A DNA stretch of 64,000 nt from an uncultured Anaerolinea sp. Its GTDB lineage: Bacteria > Chloroflexota > Anaerolineae > Anaerolineales > UBA4823. The DNA is taken from NCBI GenBank assembly GCA_964503145.1, contig CAZCYV010000009.1:47874-111873 (forward strand), written 5' to 3'. Shown here piece after piece: positions 28,275 through 40,080 of this stretch (the stretch's first letter is position 1; the number at the start of each line of letters is the position of its first letter). The translations under genes were made by a program, and so were the position numbers. The notes under the pieces are model-generated. The model was not told the origin of the DNA. It was given only the letters and a program-made list of their open reading frames with translations, and did not search any database.

Positions 28275-29888
28275 ATGATGGCGCAAAACCGTTTCGATGT
28301 GATCATCATCGGCGGCGGACACAACGGGCTGACCGCCGCGGCAAGCCTGGCGCAGGCCGGGTTGAAGCCGCTGGTGGTCGAACGCCGGCGGGTGCTGGGG
28401 GGCGCGGCGGCCACGGAGGAGGTCTTCCCCGGCTTCCAGGTGAACACCGGCGCCGGCGATGTCGGCCTGTTCCGGCCTGAAATCATCCGCCAGCTACAAC
28501 TGGAAAGCTACGGCCTGCGTTTCCTGGAAAGCCCGGCGCAGTGCGTGACGCTGCTGCCAGATGGCGGGTCATTGACGCTGTGGCGCGATCCGCAGCGAGC
28601 GCAGCAGGAGATCGCCCGCTTCTCGTCCGCCGACGCGCGGCGTTACGCCGATTTCCTGGCCTGGCTGGAGGCCGCCCGCCGCGCCCTGCGGCCGTTTTTG
28701 CTGACCGCGCCGCCGAACCTGCCGGGGGCGCGCCTGGATGAACTCGCCCCCTGGTTCGGGCCGGCGCTGGGGCTGCGGCGGCTGGGGCGGCGCAGAATGA
28801 TGGATTTGTTGCGGGCGCTGCCGATGGCGGCTGAGGACTGGCTGGCTGAATGGTTCGAACTGCCGGCGCTCAAGGCTTCGCTGGCCGCGCTTGGCCTGCG
28901 CGGGGCGCGCCTGGGGCCTAAGGCCCCCGGTACGACCTTTCTGCTGCTCTACCATGCCCTCGGCGGGCGGGCGGGCGAGTTTGTCTCCAGCCGCTTCGTA
29001 CAGGGGGGCAGCGGGGCGCTCTCCCAGGCGCTGGCCGCCGCCGCCCGCAGCCACGGCGCTGAAATCGTGACCGGCCTGGGAGCGGCGCAGGTGCTGGTGC
29101 GCGAAGGCCGCGCCGTCGGCGTGGCGCTGGAGGATGGCCTCGAGGTCTTTGCGCGGGCGGTGATCTCGAACGCCGACCCGCGGCGCACCTTCCTCGATCT
29201 GGTCGGGCCGCAACACCTGGAAGTGCGTTTCGTCCGCGATGTGCGCCTGCTGCGCTTCCAGCCCAGCCTGGCGCGCCTGCTGTTGACCACCGCCGGCCTG
29301 CCGCGCTTCCGCGCCTTTGCGGCGGGGCCTCCTGAGGGCGAGAAGGCCGCGCTGGGAGGGCATCTGCTCACCGCCTGCGACCTGGAAACGCTGGAACGCG
29401 CCGCCGACGCGGCGAAATATGGGCAATTGCCGTCTGCGCCGGCGCTCGACCTGTTGATCCCGACGGTGTTAGACCCCTCTCTGGCGCCCGCCGGCAAACA
29501 CCTGCTGAGCGTGGATATCGCCTTCGTCCCTGCCGAACCCCGACAGGGGAGCTGGGAGCAGCTCCGCCTGCCGCTGGCAGAGCAGGTCATCTCGCTGCTC
29601 GAAACGTTGGCGCCCGGCCTGCGGTCGTCCATCGAGAATTGCGAAGTGATCACCCCGCAGGATTACGCCGAGGAATACAGCCTGCCGGACGGCGATCCCT
29701 ATCACGGCCAAATGGGGCTGGATCAGTTCTTTTTCATGCGCCCGCTTCCCGGCTGGGCGCGCTACCGCACCCCCCTGACGGGGTTGTACCTGGGCGGCTC
29801 TGGGGCGCACCCTGGCGGCGGCGTCACCGGCGCGCCGGGCTTCCTGGCTGCCCAGGCCGTATTGCAAGATTTGAAGGAGTTGCGATGA
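28275..29888 (+). CDS. second FAD-dependent oxidoreductase of the same CrtI/PYROXD2-like family (tandem paralog)
   Basis: FDVIIIGGGHNGLTAAASLAQAGLKPLVVERRRVLGGA and C-terminal GGSGAHPGGGVTGAPG. Starts 1 nt after the previous stop. Confidence 0.8.
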   Translation: MMAQNRFDVIIIGGGHNGLTAAASLAQAGLKPLVVERRRVLGGAAATEEVFPGFQVNTGAGDVGLFRPEIIRQLQLESYGLRFLESPAQCVTLLPDGGSLTLWRDPQRAQQEIARFSSADARRYADFLAWLEAARRALRPFLLTAPPNLPGARLDELAPWFGPALGLRRLGRRRMMDLLRALPMAAEDWLAEWFELPALKASLAALGLRGARLGPKAPGTTFLLLYHALGGRAGEFVSSRFVQGGSGALSQALAAAARSHGAEIVTGLGAAQVLVREGRAVGVALEDGLEVFARAVISNADPRRTFLDLVGPQHLEVRFVRDVRLLRFQPSLARLLLTTAGLPRFRAFAAGPPEGEKAALGGHLLTACDLETLERAADAAKYGQLPSAPALDLLIPTVLDPSLAPAGKHLLSVDIAFVPAEPRQGSWEQLRLPLAEQVISLLETLAPGLRSSIENCEVITPQDYAEEYSLPDGDPYHGQMGLDQFFFMRPLPGWARYRTPLTGLYLGGSGAHPGGGVTGAPGFLAAQAVLQDLKELR

Positions 29889-31018
29889 ACGAGGCGATTT
29901 ATCTCCCGGCTCCCCAGGTCTTCCAGGCAGGGGCATGCACCCTGCCCGGCCGCTATTACACCGACCCCGGCATCTTTGCCCAAGAAATGGAACGCATTTA
30001 CGGCCGCCGCTGGCTCTGCGCCGGACGAAGCGCCCTGATCGAGCGCCCTGGCCAGTACACCCAGGTGGAAATCGGCGTCGAAAGCCTGATCCTGACCCGC
30101 GCCGCCGACGGCAAAGCGCGGGCGTTCTTCAACGTTTGCCGCCATCGCGGCACGCGCTTGTGCGATTCGCCGGAAACGCGCACCGCCAACAGCATCCAAT
30201 GCCCCTATCACGCCTGGACCTACGCCCTGGACGGGCGGCTGATCGGCGCGCCGCTGATGGACGAAGCGCCCGGTTTCCGCAAAGAGGATCACGGCCTGCA
30301 CCCCGCCGCCCTGGCGGAGTGGGAAGGCTTCCTGTTCGTCAACCTGCAGCCGCAGGCGGCGCCCTTTGAGAGCGATTTTGCCCCGCTGGCGGAGAAGTTT
30401 TCCGCCTGGGGGCTGCCCGGCCTGCGCGCCCTGCGCCGCCAGGAGTACGACGTGCGCGCCAACTGGAAGCTGATCGTCCAGAATTATTCCGAATGCTACC
30501 ACTGCCCGCTGATCCATCCTGACCTTGCGGCGCGCTCGCCCTATCGCAGCGGGCGCAACGATCTGTACCGCGGCCCCTTCCTGGGCGGCTACATGGAGTT
30601 GAACGAGCAGTACGGCAGCCTGACGTTGAGCGGCCGCGCCTGCGCCCCGCCGTTGCCGGGGGTCGCTGCCGAAGACCACGCCCGCGTGTATTATTACTCG
30701 ATCTTTCCCAACCTGCTGCTCAGCCTGCACCCCGATTACGTCATGGCGCACACCCTGTGGCCCCAGGCGCCCGACCGCACGCGCATCGTCTGCGAGTGGC
30801 TCTTCGACCCCGCCCAGCAGGGCCAGCCCGGCTTCAATCCCGATGACGCAGCCGGCTTTTGGGATATGACCAACCGCCAGGACTGGCGCGTGTGCGAGCT
30901 TTCACAGCAAGGGGTCAGCTCGCGCGCCTACGCCCCCTCGCCCTACGCCCCTGGCGAGGCGCTGCTGGCGGCCTTCGATGAGGAATACCTGCGGGCGCTG
31001 GAAGGAGAGGCGGCGTAA
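29885..31018 (+). CDS. Rieske [2Fe-2S] non-heme-iron oxygenase, alpha-subunit type
   Basis: Rieske motif CRHRGTRL...CPYHAW and iron site NYSECYHCPLIHPDL. ATG 29885 overlaps the upstream stop (ATGA); the track start at 29639 overlaps the previous gene. Confidence 0.82.
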   Translation: MNEAIYLPAPQVFQAGACTLPGRYYTDPGIFAQEMERIYGRRWLCAGRSALIERPGQYTQVEIGVESLILTRAADGKARAFFNVCRHRGTRLCDSPETRTANSIQCPYHAWTYALDGRLIGAPLMDEAPGFRKEDHGLHPAALAEWEGFLFVNLQPQAAPFESDFAPLAEKFSAWGLPGLRALRRQEYDVRANWKLIVQNYSECYHCPLIHPDLAARSPYRSGRNDLYRGPFLGGYMELNEQYGSLTLSGRACAPPLPGVAAEDHARVYYYSIFPNLLLSLHPDYVMAHTLWPQAPDRTRIVCEWLFDPAQQGQPGFNPDDAAGFWDMTNRQDWRVCELSQQGVSSRAYAPSPYAPGEALLAAFDEEYLRALEGEAA

Positions 31019-31166
31019 CCGGCGCGCTTGCTATCGCCCCGAACGGCCGAGAATCACCCCGCCAGCCGCCAGCGGAGGTGTGCAATATCCCGGCTGTGTA
31101 GCCTGGTCCAATCGGGCAAGACGGATCAAACGACGATGGCAGCTCCACAATAAAAGAATTGCGCGC

Positions 31167-31673
31167 TCAGCGCCGCTCAGCGCCGGCCAGCGCCTGTTCG
31201 ATGTCCCTAACCCGGTGATAGGCCGAGTGCCCGTCCAGGTCATACGGCCACTCCGGGTTGCGCTCCCGGCCGCTGAACCACTCCTCCGGCGCCGCCCTCA
31301 GCGTTGCCAGCAGTTCCTCCTGCACCTGCCGGTGCCAGGCCAGCACTTCCTGCGGCGAACGCTCGCGCCAGCGCAGATAAACCAGACGGTTGCTCTCCGT
31401 CTCGTTCAGCCCACGCTCCTCGGCCGGCGGGCGCTCCCCCCGGGCCCTGCGCGCCACCCCTGCCTTCCAATGCGTGATGTGCGCCAGCGCATCCTTCACC
31501 GTCCAAGGATCCTTCGTCTCCGGGCGGGGCAAGGGCCGTTCCCACTCCTCCGCCGATAGCCCCGCCACCAGCCTATCCAGCAACTCGAACTCCCGGACGG
31601 CGCGTTCGATCACTTCATCACGGTTATGACGCATCAACATCTGCGGCCTCCTGGCGGTCCAATCCATTATCAC
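31167..31673 (-). CDS. DinB-superfamily four-helix-bundle protein (ClbS/DfsB- or MDMPI_N-like)
   Basis: 168 aa with WTVKDALAHITHW and a C-terminal H..YH..R pattern. The family assignment is tentative. Confidence 0.4.
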   Translation of the reverse strand: MIMDWTARRPQMLMRHNRDEVIERAVREFELLDRLVAGLSAEEWERPLPRPETKDPWTVKDALAHITHWKAGVARRARGERPPAEERGLNETESNRLVYLRWRERSPQEVLAWHRQVQEELLATLRAAPEEWFSGRERNPEWPYDLDGHSAYHRVRDIEQALAGAERR

Positions 31674-31731
31674 TTCAAATCAAGCATATCTGCTTCTACG
31701 TCCTATGCAAGATTATAGCACGTCAAACAAA

Positions 31732-31753
31732 CAGGCGGGGTTGTCCCCGCCTG
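31732..31753 (-). terminator. GC-rich hairpin
   Basis: CAGGCGGGG-ttgt-CCCCGCCTG, between two minus-strand genes. Confidence 0.4.
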
Positions 31754-31771
31754 CCTATCCATGCGCTGAGA

Positions 31772-31804
31772 AGGTGCAACGCACTTCGCAAGTGCGTTGC
31801 ACCT
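31772..31804 (-). terminator. 14-15-bp perfect hairpin immediately downstream of the esterase-like gene
   Basis: AGGTGCAACGCACT-tcgca-AGTGCGTTGCACCT, 10 nt after the stop at 31814. Confidence 0.55.
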
Positions 31805-31813
31805 GAGCGTCCT

Positions 31814-33529
31814 CTACGGCCTGTGCGCTTCCACCCACTCCCCGGCGATCTGCACGAACTCGCTCATGCTCAGATTCTGATCCGGGTTGCTCGGGCTGGC
31901 GCCGCGCCAGCAGTGCGGCTTGCGGAAGCCGAAATCGAACTGGATGTTCGCCGGCGGGTTGGCCGACTTGACGAACTCCCACAACAGGTAGGTGGCCTCG
32001 TTCAGATAGTACGTGTCCATCATCCCGTTGGTCACCGTGAGCTGCCCATCCAGCAGCGGCGCCAGCGTCGCCCAATTCTGCTGAATGTAGTAGTTCAGGT
32101 CGTAGTGCTGCTTCCAGTACTCGGCCACCGAATGGTCGATCGCCCCGCTGAGCGGATCCCACACCGGCAACGGATATCCATCCGGCCCCAACGGGCTATA
32201 CACCGCTTCCCAGATGTCCCACTGTCCGCCGGAGCGGTCGTTAGTGCCCATCGCCAGCTCCCAGTTGTTCTCCTGCTTGATCGTGAAGCGCAGGTTGCCG
32301 TCCGGATCGCGGGCGCTGGGGCGCTCCACCTTGATCCAATCGTAGAAGGTGTAATAGGCGTTTTCGTCCTCGTACACGTTCACCAGTTGGTGGTAATGGA
32401 AGTCCACTGCGTCGGGACACCATGCCCAGGTGCCGCCGAAGAAATCGGGGTGGAACACCTTCATCGCCAGCGCCTCCCAGCCGCCGGTAGAGCCCCCAGC
32501 CACCACCCGCGCCCACGGCTCGCGGATGATGCGGAAGTGCTCCTCAATGTAAGGGATCAACTCGTTCATAATCGCCTGACCGTACGGCCCCACGTTGGCC
32601 GAATCGACCGAGTACGAGGTGTCGTAGTAGGGGTTGGCATCGCGGATGGTCACGGCGATGAAGCGCGGCGCGCTCTCCGAATTCCAGAAGTTGTAGAAGG
32701 AATTGCCCACGCGGAAGCCGAGCGGCGCGCTGCCGCCGGGGAAGTGCCCCTGCTGGTAGATCACCGGGTAGTACTGGTCGGGGTTCTCGTTGTAGCCCTT
32801 GGGCAGCAGGATGTTGGCCCCGATGTACATCGGCTGTCCCCAAAACTCGGACAGCACCTGGCTCTGGATCTTAATGTATTTGACCCAATCGGTGTCGCGC
32901 GGGTTGCCCTGTTGCAGCACCTCGCCCGGCTGCAGCGGCTCATCCGGCTGGATGACCTCGGTCAGGTCGAGGGTGAACCGCCCACCGCGGTTGGGGTCGA
33001 TGTACAGGCGCTGCACCTGGCTGTAGGCGTTGCCGGGCGATTCCCACTGCCATTGGCCGTCGCCGGCGTCCTGGTGCATATAGACCGTGAAGCCATCCGC
33101 CCGCTGGAAGGTGGTGTACACCGTCAGGAAGGCTTGCACGGAGTACTCCCTTGCAGGCAGTTCGGCCAGTTGCGCCAGCGGATAGCCGATCACCTCGGGA
33201 TCGCGATCCTTGAGCAGGATCGGCTTTTGCGGGGAGAAGCCAAACACGTTTTTGCCCCAGAAGGGCGCGCCGGTCACGTCGATCTGCTCGCGCGGCTCGC
33301 TGTCGTCGTCCTGGCTCACGATCACATACAGCCGGCCGTTGACGGGCACTTGCAGCCCCAGCCCGGCGATTCCCTGGGCGGCTTGCTCGGTCAGGCGCAC
33401 CATGAACACGAACGGCGCGCCCTTGGCGGGCAGCCCGCTGGCGCTCCCAAACGTGCTGAGCAGCAACAGCGCCGGGATCAACCCCAGGCGCATAAAGACT
33501 TTGCTGTATCGGGAAAACAGGCTGAACAT
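31814..33529 (-). CDS. secreted alpha/beta-fold 'putative esterase' family protein (enterochelin-esterase-like)
   Basis: Signal peptide MFSLFSRYSKVFMRLGLIPALLLLSTFGSASG, core GGSTGGWEALAMKVFHPDFFGG, and a GGAGA RBS. Confidence 0.6.
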   Translation of the reverse strand: MFSLFSRYSKVFMRLGLIPALLLLSTFGSASGLPAKGAPFVFMVRLTEQAAQGIAGLGLQVPVNGRLYVIVSQDDDSEPREQIDVTGAPFWGKNVFGFSPQKPILLKDRDPEVIGYPLAQLAELPAREYSVQAFLTVYTTFQRADGFTVYMHQDAGDGQWQWESPGNAYSQVQRLYIDPNRGGRFTLDLTEVIQPDEPLQPGEVLQQGNPRDTDWVKYIKIQSQVLSEFWGQPMYIGANILLPKGYNENPDQYYPVIYQQGHFPGGSAPLGFRVGNSFYNFWNSESAPRFIAVTIRDANPYYDTSYSVDSANVGPYGQAIMNELIPYIEEHFRIIREPWARVVAGGSTGGWEALAMKVFHPDFFGGTWAWCPDAVDFHYHQLVNVYEDENAYYTFYDWIKVERPSARDPDGNLRFTIKQENNWELAMGTNDRSGGQWDIWEAVYSPLGPDGYPLPVWDPLSGAIDHSVAEYWKQHYDLNYYIQQNWATLAPLLDGQLTVTNGMMDTYYLNEATYLLWEFVKSANPPANIQFDFGFRKPHCWRGASPSNPDQNLSMSEFVQIAGEWVEAHRP

Positions 33530-33627
33530 GGAATTTTCTCCTAAATGCTAACGAATGACCGCAGACAGCTCTGAATCGACCGTCATTCTATTCGTGATCA
33601 GCGGGAACGGCCCTCCTTCCTTGAAAA

Positions 33628-33663
33628 AAACGAGTGATATTCGGAGAAACGAGTGATATTCGG
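33628..33663. repeat. direct repeat, 17-nt unit AAACGAGTGATATTCGG x2 with a 19-bp period
   Basis: Identical copies at 33628-33644 and 33647-33663, in the 372-bp divergent intergenic region. Confidence 0.9.
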
Positions 33664-33857
33664 TTGATGCAGTTGGTGGAATGCCAGCGTGATGTCCGGT
33701 GACAGACAAGGATTGGACAGCCGCTTGAGACTTGCGCAGCAGCGCAGACCTTGAGCTGCATTAATTATACATTAGAGAAATTCCCTGTCAACGACGGACT
33801 CGGGTTCGATCACTCGATTGCCCCGTTTCCCTCCAATGTTTCTCGAACAAAGACTCT

Positions 33858-33886
33858 TTGACAACCACGCCCTTGCATGTTAAACT
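33858..33886 (+). promoter_or_regulatory. sigma-70-like promoter of mtnA
   Basis: TTGACA (33858-33863), a 17-nt spacer, then TAAACT (33881-33886), 15 nt before the ATG. Confidence 0.55.
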
Positions 33887-33901
33887 CAATTCGCTAAGTC
33901 C

Positions 33902-34954
33902 ATGCGCACGCTCGAATGGGTTTCAACGCACAATACGCTGGTGATGATCGATCAGCGGCTCTTGCCGGGCGAATTTCGCCAGGTCGAGTACACCGATTAT
34001 CGCCAGGTGGCCGCCGCCATCCGCGACATGGTGGTGCGCGGCGCGCCGGCCATCGGCGCTGCCGCTGCCTTTGGCCTGGCGCTGGCGGCGCGCAACTCAT
34101 CCGCCTACAGCCTGGCCGGGTTGCGCGCCGACCTGGAGCAGGCTGCCGCCGTCTTGCAGGCGGCGCGCCCCACCGCGGTCAACCTGTCCTGGGCGCTGCG
34201 GCGGGTGTTGCAGCGCGCCGCAGCCTACTCCGGCGCGCCCGACGGCCTGCGGGAAGCGGTGCTGGATGAAGCCCAGCGCATCGCCGACGAAGATGTGGCC
34301 ATCAACCTGGCCATGGCCCGCCACGGCGCCGACCTGATTGCCGATGGCGACACCGTGATTCACCACTGCAACACCGGCGCTCTGGCCGCCGTGGATTGGG
34401 GTACCGCTCTGGGGGTGATCCGTATGGCGCACGAGCAGGGCAAGCGCGTGCATGTGCTGGTGGACGAGACCCGCCCGCGCCTGCAAGGCGCCCGCCTGAC
34501 CGCCTGGGAGCTGAGCCGCTATGGCATCTCTTACGAGATCATCGTCGATGGCGCTGCGGGCTACTTCCTGCGCACCGGCAGGGCGCAGAAGGTGTTCTTC
34601 GGCGCCGACCGCGTGGCGGCCAACGGCGATGTGGCCAACAAGATCGGCACCTATATGCTCGCCCTGGCCGCCCACGATAACGCCGTCCCGGCCTACGCCG
34701 TCGTGCCCACCTCCACCATCGACCTCTCCCTGGCCTCCGGCGACCAGATTCCCATCGAAGAGCGCAGCCCGGCGGAAGTGCTCGATCTGCAGGCCGCCGG
34801 CCAGCCGGTCGCCCCGCCCGGCGCCGCCGCCCGCAACCCCGCCTTTGATGTCACCCCGGCCCGCTTGATCTCGGCCATCGTCACCGAGAACGGCGTGGTC
34901 TTTCCCCCGTTTTCCGAGAATTTGCCCCGAGCAGTCAGCGGTAAATTGGGGTAA
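33902..34954 (+). CDS. mtnA: S-methyl-5-thioribose-1-phosphate isomerase (eIF-2B-related family)
   Basis: [18 protein letters not shown]...[19 protein letters not shown] and CNTGALA...[18 protein letters not shown]; 350 aa. Confidence 0.88.
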   Translation: MRTLEWVSTHNTLVMIDQRLLPGEFRQVEYTDYRQVAAAIRDMVVRGAPAIGAAAAFGLALAARNSSAYSLAGLRADLEQAAAVLQAARPTAVNLSWALRRVLQRAAAYSGAPDGLREAVLDEAQRIADEDVAINLAMARHGADLIADGDTVIHHCNTGALAAVDWGTALGVIRMAHEQGKRVHVLVDETRPRLQGARLTAWELSRYGISYEIIVDGAAGYFLRTGRAQKVFFGADRVAANGDVANKIGTYMLALAAHDNAVPAYAVVPTSTIDLSLASGDQIPIEERSPAEVLDLQAAGQPVAPPGAAARNPAFDVTPARLISAIVTENGVVFPPFSENLPRAVSGKLG

Positions 34955-34976
34955 AATAGCTTTTCGTGGTTCGGCT

Positions 34977-37246
<2,270 letters not shown>

Positions 37247-37249
37247 ACC

Positions 37250-38401
37250 ATGTTTTTCGACCGCGCCCAGCTCGAAGAAATCGAAGAACAGAGCCTGGCG
37301 CCATACGCCTGCCACAGTCGCCGCTCCAAGGGCCGTGAATACCCGGAAGACGAGCCGGAGTACCGCACGGCCTTTCAGCGCGACCGCGACCGCATCCTGC
37401 ATACCACCGCCTTCCGCCGCCTGGAATACAAGACCCAGGTGTTCATCAACTACGAGGGTGATTACTACCGCACGCGCCTGACGCACACCCTGGAGGTCTC
37501 GCAGCTTGGGCGCACCATCGCCCGCGCCCTGGGCGCCAACGAAGACCTGGTGGAAGCCATCTGCCTGGCGCACGACCTGGGCCACAGCGCCTTCGGCCAC
37601 GCCGGAGAAGTGGCCCTGGCGCGCCTGATGAAGGACTACGGCGGCTTCGACCACAACAAGCAATCCTTGCGCATCGTCACCATCCTGGAGCGGCGCTATC
37701 CCGATTTCCCCGGCCTGAACCTGACCTGGGAATTGCGCGAGGGCATCGTCAAGCACGAATCAGAATACGATGTCGCCGACGCCAGCCAGTACAACCCGGA
37801 GCTGCGCGGCCACCTGGAGGCGCAGATCGCCAACGTCGCCGACGAACTGGCCTACACCGCCCACGACCTGGACGACGGCCTGCGCTCGGGCATGCTCACC
37901 CCGGCGATGCTCGAGGGCGTCACCTTGTGGGAGATCCTGGTCGAGAGCGTCGGCCTGGAATCGGCTGTTCTGGACGACCTGGCGCGCCACCGCCTGATCC
38001 GCCGCCTGATCGGCATGGAGGTCAGCGACCTGGTGCACACCACCCACGAGCGCCTGCGCGAAAGCCGCGTCCGCTCGGTGGAGGAGCTGCAGAGCCTGCC
38101 CTATAACATCATCAGCTACAGCGAAGACATGCACCGCCGCAACCGCCAGCTCAAGGATTTCCTCTACGCCAGGCTCTACCGCCACCCGCGGGTGGTGCGC
38201 ATGCAGGTCAAGTCGGAGCGCATCATCACCGATCTGTTCAACGCTTTCCGCGCCGAGCCGGAAATCCTGCCACGCCAGTTCCAGCAGCAGGCGGAGGTCT
38301 TTGGCCTGGAGCGCGTCATCTGCGATTATATTGCCGGGATGACCGATCGTTACGCTATCGAAGAACATCAGAAGCTGTTCGATCCGCTGATCAAGCCCTG
38401 A
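37250..38401 (+). CDS. dGTPase-like HD-domain triphosphohydrolase
   Basis: FQRDRDRILHTTAFRRLEYKTQV, RLTHTLEV and LAHDLGHSAFGH; 383 aa. Confidence 0.85.
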   Translation: MFFDRAQLEEIEEQSLAPYACHSRRSKGREYPEDEPEYRTAFQRDRDRILHTTAFRRLEYKTQVFINYEGDYYRTRLTHTLEVSQLGRTIARALGANEDLVEAICLAHDLGHSAFGHAGEVALARLMKDYGGFDHNKQSLRIVTILERRYPDFPGLNLTWELREGIVKHESEYDVADASQYNPELRGHLEAQIANVADELAYTAHDLDDGLRSGMLTPAMLEGVTLWEILVESVGLESAVLDDLARHRLIRRLIGMEVSDLVHTTHERLRESRVRSVEELQSLPYNIISYSEDMHRRNRQLKDFLYARLYRHPRVVRMQVKSERIITDLFNAFRAEPEILPRQFQQQAEVFGLERVICDYIAGMTDRYAIEEHQKLFDPLIKP

Positions 38402-38433
38402 TCGAACGGCACTGTATCTAAGGAGGTTGGTTG

Positions 38434-38901
38434 ATGGGTGAGCCGATATATTTGACTGCCGAGGGCGCAGAACGCCTGCGCGCCGAGTTAGCTCAGTTGA
38501 AAGGCCCAGAGCGCGAAGCCATGGCCAGGCGCCTGCGCGCCGCTGTTTCGCAGGGCGACCTTTCCGAGAACGCCGATTATCACAAGGCCAAGGAAGACCA
38601 GGCCTTTCTGGAGGGGCGCATCCAGGAGCTGGAATATCTGCTGAAAAACGCCATCATCATCGAGGCCGGCGCCGGACGGCGCGAGCAGGTGGAGGTCGGC
38701 GCCACCGTCACCGTCCAGGAAGAAGACTATGATCCTGAGACCTACTATATTGTCGGCGCCAAAGAAGCCGACCCGCGCAACGGGCGCATCTCCAACGAAT
38801 CGCCCATCGGCCGCGCCCTGATGGGGGCGCGCCCAGGGGATGTGGTCGTCGCCGACACCCCCGGCGGCCAGGTGCGCCTGAAGATCATCAAGATCGAATG
38901 A
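38434..38901 (+). CDS. greA: transcription elongation factor GreA
   Basis: AAGGAGG RBS 7 nt before ATG 38434. LTAEGAERLRAELAQL...ENADYHKAKEDQ. Confidence 0.9.
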   Translation: MGEPIYLTAEGAERLRAELAQLKGPEREAMARRLRAAVSQGDLSENADYHKAKEDQAFLEGRIQELEYLLKNAIIIEAGAGRREQVEVGATVTVQEEDYDPETYYIVGAKEADPRNGRISNESPIGRALMGARPGDVVVADTPGGQVRLKIIKIE

Positions 38902-38989
38902 GGGTTCGGGGGAAGAATTCCATGGAGTGTTGAATGCAAAAACTGGCGGCCCGAAGGTCGCCAGTTTTTTGTTCAACCCCCGTTGGGGT

Positions 38990-39970
38990 TTATTTCTGCC
39001 AGACTGCCAGCTCCAGCAACAGGTTATCGAAGACGCTCTTTGGCGGCAGGGGGCTTTTCTCGTCATAGGCCATGTTGACCACCCGCGCCACCATGGTCAG
39101 CGTCTGGGTCTCCAGCACGAATTCCTTGTCCGGCGCAGCCAGCTCCAGCTCGCCTTTGGCGCGCAGCCGCTGGCTGATGGCGCCATCGGTGTAGGCGTGC
39201 TCGCTCATCAACACTTTGGTCACCGTCTGGATGTCGTTCTTGTCGAACAGCCAGACCTCGAAGGCGGTCACCTTCTTTGGGTCGCCCACGCCCAGGGTCT
39301 CCGAAATGCTCACCCCACACTCGCCCAGGAATTCACCGTTGGGGGCGTCGATGCTGAAGGAGTCGTCGAACAGGTCATCGCCCAGCTTGTAAGATGCCAG
39401 GAACTGCGCCACCGGCGGCGCCTGCTCGGTATCCACCGTGTAATCCGTCATGCGGGCGGCCTTGCGCGCCTCCGCCGCCTGCATCGCCGGGGTCGGCCCC
39501 AGGCTCTCCGTCCGTGGGGCGCGCCCGCGCAGCAGGAAGACCGCCCCCAGGACGATCACCACCAGCAGGATCAGGCAGACCACCCCGATCAACAGGTAGA
39601 GCCAGTTCAGCCCCTGCGCCTTGGCCGGCTGCGGGGTTAGCGCCACCACGTTGGTGTTGAAGGAGGCGATGGCATCGTCGCTCAAGGGCGCCGGATTTTG
39701 CATCACTCGCCCCAGCGCCTCTGACCCCGCCTCGCCCAGCGCGGCGAAGCGCTCCTGGGCGGTAGCCGCGTCGCCGTTCAAGCTGTATAATTCGATGGAC
39801 ATGCGCAGGAACTTATCCTGCCACTCCGGGCTCAGGGCGGCGGGTGTCGCATCGACCCACTCCACTGGCCACAGCCACCAGCCCAGGATGACCAGGCCGA
39901 ACAACGTTCCGATCACCAGACCGGCGATGAGCATCGCCGTGGGGTTTTTGAACAATTGCCGAATGTTCAT
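38990..39970 (-). CDS. hypothetical two-TM membrane protein with an unrecognised C-terminal soluble domain
   Basis: GGGAG RBS before ATG 39970 (MNIRQLF). TMs are AMLIAGLVIGTLFGLVILGWWLW and WLYLLIGVVCLILLVVIVLGAVFLL. No family recognised. Confidence 0.55.
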   Translation of the reverse strand: MNIRQLFKNPTAMLIAGLVIGTLFGLVILGWWLWPVEWVDATPAALSPEWQDKFLRMSIELYSLNGDAATAQERFAALGEAGSEALGRVMQNPAPLSDDAIASFNTNVVALTPQPAKAQGLNWLYLLIGVVCLILLVVIVLGAVFLLRGRAPRTESLGPTPAMQAAEARKAARMTDYTVDTEQAPPVAQFLASYKLGDDLFDDSFSIDAPNGEFLGECGVSISETLGVGDPKKVTAFEVWLFDKNDIQTVTKVLMSEHAYTDGAISQRLRAKGELELAAPDKEFVLETQTLTMVARVVNMAYDEKSPLPPKSVFDNLLLELAVWQK

Positions 39971-40080
39971 CGTTTCACTCCCTGTTGGATTCTGATTCCT
40001 GTTCCGCAATCTGATCGCCTGTCTGGCGATGAGTTGGCCAGCGGGCGGAGCCTCCGTATGGATATCGCCTATCTGTTCTA

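Noticed and set aside
31823-33544. 573-aa plus-strand ORF mirroring the esterase-like gene
   Set aside because: The minus-strand product has a signal peptide, an RBS and the esterase core GGSTGGWEALA. The plus-strand product is repetitive and R/H/V/G-rich, with no start context.
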